A stretch of 64,000 nt of DNA, from NCBI GenBank assembly GCA_042218075.1, contig JBDGRK010000009.1:18136-82135 (forward strand), read 5' to 3'. Below the pieces are notes generated by a model. The model searched no databases and was not told the origin of the DNA. It saw nothing but the letters and a program-made list of their open reading frames with translations. Origin of the DNA: Candidatus Nanohaloarchaea archaeon (GTDB lineage Archaea; Nanohalarchaeota; Nanosalinia; Nanosalinales; Nanosalinaceae). Below, in pieces: positions 56,438 to 64,000 of the stretch (position 1 is its first letter; the number at the start of each line of letters is the position of its first letter). The position numbers and the translations under genes were made by a program.

Positions 56438-59391
56438 CTTGTCTCACCTCTAAAGTAGATGTCGCCCTTGCGAACCCGTTCATCGTTCAAAGCAACAGTA
56501 TCACCGTTAATACTGCCATCATCAACGCCGAAACCGGAATCTCTGCCGGTCAAATCCATGTTCAAACCCACCAGTCTCTGTCCCTGCCCTGTCGCCTGCG
56601 TCTCCCCGAAGAGTCCTAGGCCCTCCGGATGTTCATATCTGCTCTCATACCAGTCATACTTCACCCATTCATCAGGGTCAACCCAGACACCAGACTCCTT
56701 ACGAGCCACCAACTCCTTGCTTCCATCTCCATCAACATCATCCCTGACATCCCTACTCGCTACTACAGCAAGGGAGTTCCCGAACACTTTCGATTCCTTC
56801 CTGACCGAACCTGAATCAGGTCCAGGTCTTTCAGCATCTGCATCCCTGTAATAACTCCCCCAGGGAGGATAAGGAGTACCGGTGTTTGAAATCGCCCATT
56901 TCCTATTCGGAGTTATAGCCCATTGATCAGCTCTTTTTTCAGAACCACGTGAATCCCTCCACTTTGTTATATTTCTACTGTCGAGCCTGTTTTCGGCACC
57001 TGGTTGGAGTTGATCCGATTGTTCCTCAAGCTTGTTGTGGTATCCTTTTGATTTTGGCTCCTTGCTCAAAGCATTTTTAGCTCCCGTAGGACTGGCATCG
57101 TCGTCCCTTATATTTTTTGACATGCCTCTCGTGACATCCACTACATCTTTCTGAGTGAAGTTTGGTATATTTATGTCCGCTGGCTTCTTTCCCACGCGGA
57201 AACTGTAGACTGGTGTCCTGTGGCATGCATTCTCCGAGACATCACATGCCTCCGCATACCAGCGGTATTCCCTTCCCAGTGAGAGGGAAAGCAGGTCGCT
57301 CCTCGCGATATCTCCGTTATTCATGCCTGTCTCCTTACCTATCAATGTATCCGTATTCGCGTTATAAAACCTTACCTCGAGATTTCTGTCACAGTTTAGC
57401 TCAACACTCAGCCTTGTCTCTAACTTAGCCAAATACCCTTCGCTGGGACTTGGATTCTTCAGAGGATTATGACACTCCTGCCAGGAAATTCCATATTCCA
57501 GAACATTGGATCTAGCCGTGAAAAACTCCAGTTTGTTATCACCACTTTCAAGATCCATATTGAAGATTTTGGTTTCATTCCAGCCTATATCTTCATCAAA
57601 TTCAATCCTGAAATCCCTCACACCAAGCAAGACGCTTGAAGAATCGGGATCCGCTCTCATCTGTAGCTCATAAACACCTCCAGGTGGTTGAACTTCAGGA
57701 ACCTTAATTATCTTCGATTTCTCTACATAACCCGATCCTTCCTCATTCAAGTCCGTGTATCGCAAAATTTCCTCACCTGAAGAGCGATGAACCAGTCTAT
57801 AGTTTTCCAAACTTCTTGTGCTTGGAAGACCCTGATAGTACTCTCCAGAGATCTTCATTCTTTCCCTTCTCCTGAAGTCCAAGTTGAAACTGTCTAAAGT
57901 TATCCAACCCTGATCACCGTTCATACGGTCTTCTGCATTAACGGTAGATTCAATTATATTGTTCTTTCCGCCGAAAAACTCACCATTATTCCTTAACCAG
58001 GTGTTCCCGGTGGGCCAGATTTTCATGACCTCGAATGATTCAATATGGCTTCTACCGCCTTTCATCCAAGTATTGGAAGTCCTATTGTAGTAACGATCTT
58101 TAAAGAATTCAGAATCTTTAGAGGTATCTACTATAATTGATTCATCAACAAACGCAGGCCATGGAGAAAACTTCCAGGAGCGATTCCTCTTCGACTGGTA
58201 TCTTACCGAATCTTCCTCTACGAAATGCTCATGAAGTGTAAAGGTATCCTCGAAATACGCTGAAGTATTGTCATTTAGTTCTGCTATCTGTCTTTTTCTT
58301 TCTATATCTACTTCCTTCAGCTGTCTATGAGGTTCACTGGAACCGTTCTTATCCTCCTCCAGAACCGTCTGGGCTTTACCGTTAGACCAGTCTTCGAGAC
58401 AATAGCTGGGATGTCCGCCTGTATTATTCGCATCCTTTAACATGTAGGTGATTGCATTATATCCGCGCCACCTACGCATTGTCCAATTATCTACATCCCC
58501 CCTTGGATGATCTATCTTGTACCTGCAGTGGGAAACTTCATCCTTGTATATCTTTACCGGACCGGTCGAAACATCAATCCTGTAATTGTATGTTCCTCTT
58601 CCCAGGTCTTTGGCCATCCAGTCATCATCGTAGCTGTAATTTCCTTCCAGCCTTTCCAAGTTGTGGAAATAACCATTATCCTTCACTGGTGTAATATCCA
58701 TTATACCTGCCCAACCTGAAGACCTACATCCGCCCCCAATATGTCCAATCAGGGTAATGTTCTGTATATTAGCTGGATTCTGAAAATTTACAGTAATCTC
58801 CTTCCTTTCCTCATCGCTCATAAATCCGTAAGGCATATCTGATCTTATATCCACATCTTTAGTGTAAAATTGATCTCTTGTGGTAACGTTCACTGAATGG
58901 ATTTCAGCAGCAGAAACACAGTTATAATTATCCCCCTCGTCATCACTGTAAGAACGGCCTCCTGCCGAGGCCCTGATATTTATCCTTAGCTCATCCACCT
59001 TGTACCTTTCAAAATCTGGATGATGAAATGATTCGTTAAAATCGCCTGAATCTGACACTCCTCCTCCGGTGTCTTCTTTATCTCCATCCCACCACTTTAC
59101 AAATTCGCCTTCAGGTGGGCTGTTCATCGTCTCATCTAGAATTCCTACTGATCTTATTTCGACTTCTTCGTTAATTGGTGGTAAGTCTCCTCCTACATTG
59201 AAGTTCCTTTCGCCGGCCTTGATTGGAAACGGATCTCCCTTCGCCTGCTGTGGGAATTTGTTATTGATTGATTTACCGGTACTTTCCGAATGAACATTCG
59301 TGACTAGAAAAAGGCAAAGAAAAACCGAATAAGTTAACTTTATAGCCAGATTTTTTCCAATGCAAAAGTTGCCGGAAATACCAAAATGCAT
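56434..59391 (-). CDS. Large secreted/surface protein (985 aa)
   Basis: Signal-like N-terminus; beta-rich domains including Y.WYAEACD; DVDGDG Ca-binding-like loop. Confidence 0.75.
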   Translation of the reverse strand: MHFGISGNFCIGKNLAIKLTYSVFLCLFLVTNVHSESTGKSINNKFPQQAKGDPFPIKAGERNFNVGGDLPPINEEVEIRSVGILDETMNSPPEGEFVKWWDGDKEDTGGGVSDSGDFNESFHHPDFERYKVDELRINIRASAGGRSYSDDEGDNYNCVSAAEIHSVNVTTRDQFYTKDVDIRSDMPYGFMSDEERKEITVNFQNPANIQNITLIGHIGGGCRSSGWAGIMDITPVKDNGYFHNLERLEGNYSYDDDWMAKDLGRGTYNYRIDVSTGPVKIYKDEVSHCRYKIDHPRGDVDNWTMRRWRGYNAITYMLKDANNTGGHPSYCLEDWSNGKAQTVLEEDKNGSSEPHRQLKEVDIERKRQIAELNDNTSAYFEDTFTLHEHFVEEDSVRYQSKRNRSWKFSPWPAFVDESIIVDTSKDSEFFKDRYYNRTSNTWMKGGRSHIESFEVMKIWPTGNTWLRNNGEFFGGKNNIIESTVNAEDRMNGDQGWITLDSFNLDFRRRERMKISGEYYQGLPSTRSLENYRLVHRSSGEEILRYTDLNEEGSGYVEKSKIIKVPEVQPPGGVYELQMRADPDSSSVLLGVRDFRIEFDEDIGWNETKIFNMDLESGDNKLEFFTARSNVLEYGISWQECHNPLKNPSPSEGYLAKLETRLSVELNCDRNLEVRFYNANTDTLIGKETGMNNGDIARSDLLSLSLGREYRWYAEACDVSENACHRTPVYSFRVGKKPADINIPNFTQKDVVDVTRGMSKNIRDDDASPTGAKNALSKEPKSKGYHNKLEEQSDQLQPGAENRLDSRNITKWRDSRGSEKRADQWAITPNRKWAISNTGTPYPPWGSYYRDADAERPGPDSGSVRKESKVFGNSLAVVASRDVRDDVDGDGSKELVARKESGVWVDPDEWVKYDWYESRYEHPEGLGLFGETQATGQGQRLVGLNMDLTGRDSGFGVDDGSINGDTVALNDERVRKGDIYFRGETS
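56440..56717. repeat. Mosaic repeat, copy 1 (copy 2 at 63711-64000)
   Basis: 56440-56550 matches 63711-63821 with 1 mismatch, and 56673-56717 matches 63956-64000, with a diverged middle. Confidence 0.92.
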
Positions 59392-59396
59392 GAAAA

Positions 59397-61031
59397 CTAA
59401 TTATACTTTAGCCTATAAAAGAATTCTCTACCCAGGTTTTTGGATAGAATAATCTGGTTGAGGACATCTTCAGGTATTCCAGTTGAGTTTCTCTCCTTAT
59501 TTACAAGTTTGCTTATCCCTTCTCTACAACTCCATGCATGTATAAGTCTGATTTTACGCGATCTATCTTTTTCGTTATCTAATGTTGCCATCGTAACCCT
59601 TTCTTTCACGTAGTAAGTGCTAATGAATTCCATTTCATCGTTTCTACTGCATAGGAATTCTAGATATTCTGAAGATATACTTTGATTTAGCATATTGTTC
59701 TTGTTGTAGAAGAATCTATACCTATAAGTCGGGAAACCTTCGGTTATATCCGGAGGCCGTTCCATTGTAAAGTTTCTGCCGTAACTGAGATCTATCGTGG
59801 AGTTATCCGAGGTCGTTCCTACAATAACCAGGTAGTCATCTATGGTCTTGTTTTGCTTTTCCAGGAATATTCTCCAAGTAGGCTGTTCCAGACCGAATAT
59901 TGCCATTCCCTCGTTGAAATCATCCATGATCTCAATTTCGTTCCTTTCCGCCGGTAAGATAGTGCCTAGGTTGTAAAAGACCAGATTTACCGACAATAAA
60001 ATCAGCACTGCCACTACAACTATGCTGAAAACTGAATTCTGACTTATAGTCTGTTTGAGCTTTTCATATTTTTCTATTTGAGGAAAAAAGCCAGCTATTT
60101 TACTCAGTCCGGATTCAAATTTTCTTGAACTCAAGAAACTCTCAATGCGGTTCCAAAAACCGACTGGTAAAAATACAAGCAAACCTGCCATGGTAACCCA
60201 AGGAAAAGCCCCTATTCTCACTGTAAAGGCCAGAAAAAGCTCATTAAAAACCATTACAAGGATGAAGAACATCTTTAACCGGTTTTTGAGAACTAAAAGA
60301 AGTGGTGAGGTTAAAACCATAGACATCCATAGAAAGCCCCCAACAGTCAGAATTTCAGGATAGCTCGTGAGAAAGTCGCCTAGAAGGAAAGTCATGCTAT
60401 CTTTACCTAGAATTAGAGGTGCAGCATCCCCGGAAACCCATTTATCTGAGTAAAGCTTGCCGATACCATTTACAAAGAACATCGCGATTAGCTGGAGCTG
60501 GATCATCAGTGCGGCGATACCTGAAACAGTATCTGATCCATTATTATCTGAGTGGACAGAATCTATGGACCATCTACGTCCGATGGGAAGGAAAACAGCC
60601 CAGAAAAGCATTAACCTGAATATAACGTCGGCATAGCTGGTAACGAGCGGGTTCCTGAGATCAAGAGAAAAAACAAAGATAAGGGACATCAAAATTGAGA
60701 ATCGTGACTTATACCCTATAATCAAGGACAAGGCAATCAGACCATTTAGTAGGAATAGAAAAGCCGTAAACTCAGGAGAACCCGATAAGAAAAATAAGGA
60801 AAAAGTACCCTCCCTAGTAATCTCCTGAGCCACAGAAATAGGAACTGCACCCTCATTCGTATAGAAAAGATGAAAATTCCTTGACCTCAAAAAGAGGTCC
60901 GCAATAATCAAAAAACCTGCGGAAATCCGGAAGGCTGCCAGAGCTCTCGAGTCTATCTCAGTTATTTCACTTAACCATTTCCGAAATGAACTAGATTTAA
61001 TATCATTTATAAACAAATTGATGACATTCAT
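59397..61031 (-). CDS. HTTM domain membrane protein
   Basis: IDSRALAAFRI, RNPLV, LPIGRRWSID, GIGKL..W..G and Q.W..F motifs; AT-rich. Confidence 0.85.
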   Translation of the reverse strand: MNVINLFINDIKSSSFRKWLSEITEIDSRALAAFRISAGFLIIADLFLRSRNFHLFYTNEGAVPISVAQEITREGTFSLFFLSGSPEFTAFLFLLNGLIALSLIIGYKSRFSILMSLIFVFSLDLRNPLVTSYADVIFRLMLFWAVFLPIGRRWSIDSVHSDNNGSDTVSGIAALMIQLQLIAMFFVNGIGKLYSDKWVSGDAAPLILGKDSMTFLLGDFLTSYPEILTVGGFLWMSMVLTSPLLLVLKNRLKMFFILVMVFNELFLAFTVRIGAFPWVTMAGLLVFLPVGFWNRIESFLSSRKFESGLSKIAGFFPQIEKYEKLKQTISQNSVFSIVVVAVLILLSVNLVFYNLGTILPAERNEIEIMDDFNEGMAIFGLEQPTWRIFLEKQNKTIDDYLVIVGTTSDNSTIDLSYGRNFTMERPPDITEGFPTYRYRFFYNKNNMLNQSISSEYLEFLCSRNDEMEFISTYYVKERVTMATLDNEKDRSRKIRLIHAWSCREGISKLVNKERNSTGIPEDVLNQIILSKNLGREFFYRLKYN

Positions 61032-61214
61032 ACGATTCTATAATAATTTGATGAAAATTGATTTTTATTCGATTTGAAAAATCGGAATTTGGCATAGGCG
61101 TCCCAAGGAAATCATAAATGAAGTCTTAAGGTAATAAAAAGCGGCCAAATTCAGGTTCAGCCTGGTTAAAGAAATTGCCGATCACTGCATTTTTGTTCAT
61201 CATTTTATTTCCTC

Positions 61215-63593
61215 TCATTTGAAATAAGTTATATCGCTTGGTACAGGGTTGAAGAAGAAACCATAGTAGAAATCGTCATTCCCGGTTGAATCATCGCACT
61301 CTAACTTTCCACCGAACCTTTTGTTGCCACAGTCGTCCTCTAATGCAATGCTTTTGTTCGAGCCTCCGGGATTGTACTCCGGATGATAGGGGTTTCTATT
61401 TTTCCTTTCGAAGAATTTGAGCGGAGCATCTTTATTCAGGCTTCCGATCTTCCGGTTGACCCTCCTATCATCAAGATCCCACCATTCCCCTCCTAAATCC
61501 TTGCTGGATGTCGATTCTCCTCTATTATCGGTAGGTAGGTCGTCCCCCTCACCTTTTATATTGAGACAGATTTCAAGATCGGGGCTGTAGCCGCTTTGTT
61601 CTGGTGATTTGCCACTGCCTTTAGGTGGCGCACCAATATTGATGGTTGCACCCTCTGCAAACACCTGCCCCTTGAAGATACACGCATTCTTTGTAATCTG
61701 CTTACCTATCTGCTGGTTTCCAGTGAAGCCTCCTTTCTTGGAGTAATCAACACATCGCTGGTTGAATGCCAGAAACTCCCTCATTGAGCCTTCCTCATAT
61801 TCTGTTCCCTCGGCAGCTATCAATGCCTCCTTCTCCTGATCTCCGCACGCAACTGGCAGGGGGCTCACATCTTTTCGATTCCTCTCATAGTCGCACTCCA
61901 ATAGCTCTGATCCTCCCTGATCCTCAGCAATCTGGTTTATTTTCTTACAGACTGAGTAGCTTTCCTTCGGTACCAGAACCCTCCTCCCCAGTCTTTGATC
62001 TTTGGCCACTTCCGCCACCACAGCTTCACTGATCGTATCAGAATTGAATCCAGGATTCTTTCCTCCCCAGTCAGATCTCTTACGTTCTACCTTGTAATCA
62101 ATGTATTTCAGACAGTACCTGCTTTCCTCTCCCTGACTGTTTATCGGGCAGCTCTTTGAGAAATCGAACTTTTCTATATCGGCTCTCTGATAGCTTTTGA
62201 CGTTATTATTTCCTGGCCTGGAAATCCTGAAGTGGATGTTTTGACCAACCAGATCCTTTCCGTTCGGCGATTCGGTAGCTATCACCCGGGAGTTCCTTGC
62301 GTCAATCACCACCCAGCCGTCACCATTACCCTTGGGGCCGTCAGCGTCTATAGTGAGAGTCTTCTCGAACTGGCACCATACTTTGCCTCTGAGACCCTGA
62401 TCCTCCGTCGCGTATGCCTTGTAGTCGGTTAAAGTTGCGGCAGGATCATTGTCTGGCTTTTCCTCATAATTTTTGCTCCCTTCTTCCCCCCTGAGACCGC
62501 TTTCCCTGTCTCCACCACCAGTTACACGATTGAAATCATTACAGGGCTGAGTGCTTTTATCCCAATCCCTCCCGGTACAGGCCAGTACCTGGTAGTTATC
62601 ACAGGTTCTTTCACCTTCCACATAACCCAAACTTCCATCTGTCACCTTTTCTGAATAACCGTCTCCAGTACATTTCCATTCTCGGACTGTCTCTTCTCCG
62701 TCAATTGTCTCATAGTAAGTATTTCCAATTTTCTGACCCGGATTACTACAATCCCAGTTGACATTACAGCTACCTGAGGTAGAAACCTTGTCATCTACAC
62801 ACTTCAGACCTTTTTCATTATCTTGATTCCAGTGATATCTCTCATGCTTTTCCATCCTTAGAACTCCGTAATCCTGTGGACATTTAGTGCCGCCGTCTTG
62901 ATCCCTCAGAATTATTCCTCCCCCATAATCGGAAGGATGCATGCCCCCATCGTTCAGTTTTCCATCACCGCAGGTCTTGCTTTCACCAACAAGCGACCCA
63001 GATGCATCGGTGGGAGGATCAATCACTCTGTCGCCGATTATCACGCTTCCATCCGGAAGCTTTTCGTATGTATTGTTTCTCTGAATTCCAAGACCCCATC
63101 TCTCACTCTCGTCATTTGCATCCTTAAGGTAGCTTTCTCTCAGCCTTCCAGATCCAACTGATTCATCCTCAATGCCTTCATCCACCATATCAGCACCGTA
63201 TTTCACCTCTCCAGAAAAGAATACGGTCGGATCCCTGTCAAGTGCGGGAGTGGAAATCTCCTCATTTATATCCAGATAGGAGCTTGTGAGATCTGTGTCC
63301 CAGGCATCTCCCTCTACAAGATCCAGATTCGAGGGCTTGACACAACCCCAGTCTCTGCTGCCCTCCACATAATCGGTTCTTCCATCGCTATCGCCATCCT
63401 TGCCATCGTCACACTTGAACATCTGTTCCCTGGGATCACCCGGTAGTCCACTGTAGGGATCATTAGATGATAACTCATCAGTCTGGCCAAGAAACCCGGT
63501 TTCGCCCGTAGCCGTGTAGCCAAGCGCCAGGAAAGAAAAGATTACAAGATTGAATATCAAGACCCCTGACTTGCTACCAGAAACCATAGACAA
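61215..63593 (-). CDS. Cys-rich secreted surface protein (792 aa)
   Basis: Signal peptide; CDDGKDGDSDGRTD, CGDG, CPQD, CGDQEKE and WWDLDD modules. Confidence 0.78.
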   Translation of the reverse strand: MSMVSGSKSGVLIFNLVIFSFLALGYTATGETGFLGQTDELSSNDPYSGLPGDPREQMFKCDDGKDGDSDGRTDYVEGSRDWGCVKPSNLDLVEGDAWDTDLTSSYLDINEEISTPALDRDPTVFFSGEVKYGADMVDEGIEDESVGSGRLRESYLKDANDESERWGLGIQRNNTYEKLPDGSVIIGDRVIDPPTDASGSLVGESKTCGDGKLNDGGMHPSDYGGGIILRDQDGGTKCPQDYGVLRMEKHERYHWNQDNEKGLKCVDDKVSTSGSCNVNWDCSNPGQKIGNTYYETIDGEETVREWKCTGDGYSEKVTDGSLGYVEGERTCDNYQVLACTGRDWDKSTQPCNDFNRVTGGGDRESGLRGEEGSKNYEEKPDNDPAATLTDYKAYATEDQGLRGKVWCQFEKTLTIDADGPKGNGDGWVVIDARNSRVIATESPNGKDLVGQNIHFRISRPGNNNVKSYQRADIEKFDFSKSCPINSQGEESRYCLKYIDYKVERKRSDWGGKNPGFNSDTISEAVVAEVAKDQRLGRRVLVPKESYSVCKKINQIAEDQGGSELLECDYERNRKDVSPLPVACGDQEKEALIAAEGTEYEEGSMREFLAFNQRCVDYSKKGGFTGNQQIGKQITKNACIFKGQVFAEGATINIGAPPKGSGKSPEQSGYSPDLEICLNIKGEGDDLPTDNRGESTSSKDLGGEWWDLDDRRVNRKIGSLNKDAPLKFFERKNRNPYHPEYNPGGSNKSIALEDDCGNKRFGGKLECDDSTGNDDFYYGFFFNPVPSDITYFK

Positions 63594-63704
63594 TTCTTTT
63601 TCAACCTTATTAAATAAGCTTCTGAAGTCTTTTGTAAAAAGTCTGCGCTATTCTATCGCAATGATCCTTAACAGTTCAAACTCTGAAATCAGATCCTTTG
63701 ATAT

Positions 63705-64000
63705 TTAACGTGTCTCACCTCTAAAGTAGATGTCGCCCTTGCGAACCCGTTCATCGTTCAAAGCAACAGTATCACCGTTAATACTGCCATCATCAACACC
63801 GAAACCGGAATCTCTGCCGGTTATATCCAGGTTTAATCCGACCAGTTTCTCACCACTTCCCGTTTCCTGTTCAGTTCCGAACAGTTCGAACATCCCGCCC
63901 TTCGTGTATTCGTATCTTCCACCGGGTTCGCCCCAGCCTTTACCTACCCATTCATCAGGGTCAACCCAGACACCAGACTCCTTACGAGCCACCAACTCCT
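63705..64000 (-). CDS. C-terminus of a paralogue of the 985-aa surface protein (partial)
   Basis: Ends TGRDSGFGVDDGSINGDTVALNDERVRKGDIYFRGETR, nearly identical to the 56434 gene. Confidence 0.85.
   Translation of the reverse strand, partial: ELVARKESGVWVDPDEWVGKGWGEPGGRYEYTKGGMFELFGTEQETGSGEKLVGLNLDITGRDSGFGVDDGSINGDTVALNDERVRKGDIYFRGETR

Noticed and set aside
56440-64000. Diversity-generating retroelement TR/VR pair
   Set aside because: Differences are not adenine-specific, include indels and synonymous changes, both copies are coding, and no reverse transcriptase is in the window.

Overview
This 64 kb archaeal chromosome segment has a very acidic proteome, dense and often leaderless or overlapping genes, and DPANN-style gene content. 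It is most consistent with a Nanohaloarchaeota-like ectosymbiont; that taxonomy is inferred, not proven. Core content includes the proteasome/exosome superoperon (psmA, SBDS, rrp4/41/42, rpl37ae, rpoP, pcc1, pfdB), sepF, aCPSF1 and psmB, HisRS, ProRS, ychF, mre11-rad50 plus herA, endonuclease V, dapA, two different histone-fold genes, two toxin-antitoxin-like pairs and a cluster of Cys-rich surface proteins. Two intron-containing tRNAs are present: tRNA-Ala(GGC) and a rare tRNA-Ile(UAU). The most unusual signal is a set of short (about 55-105 nt) hairpin modules, mostly hairpin pairs, that differ in sequence but share structure and a few short motifs. They occur in the leader, intron and duplicated trailer of tRNA-Ala, in the tRNA-Ile intron, at a synonymously re-coded duplicate of the proS 3' end, and possibly inside an AbrB gene. 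This may be an undescribed family of non-autonomous micro-insertions. Several genes are broken by single lesions, which could be assembly errors.
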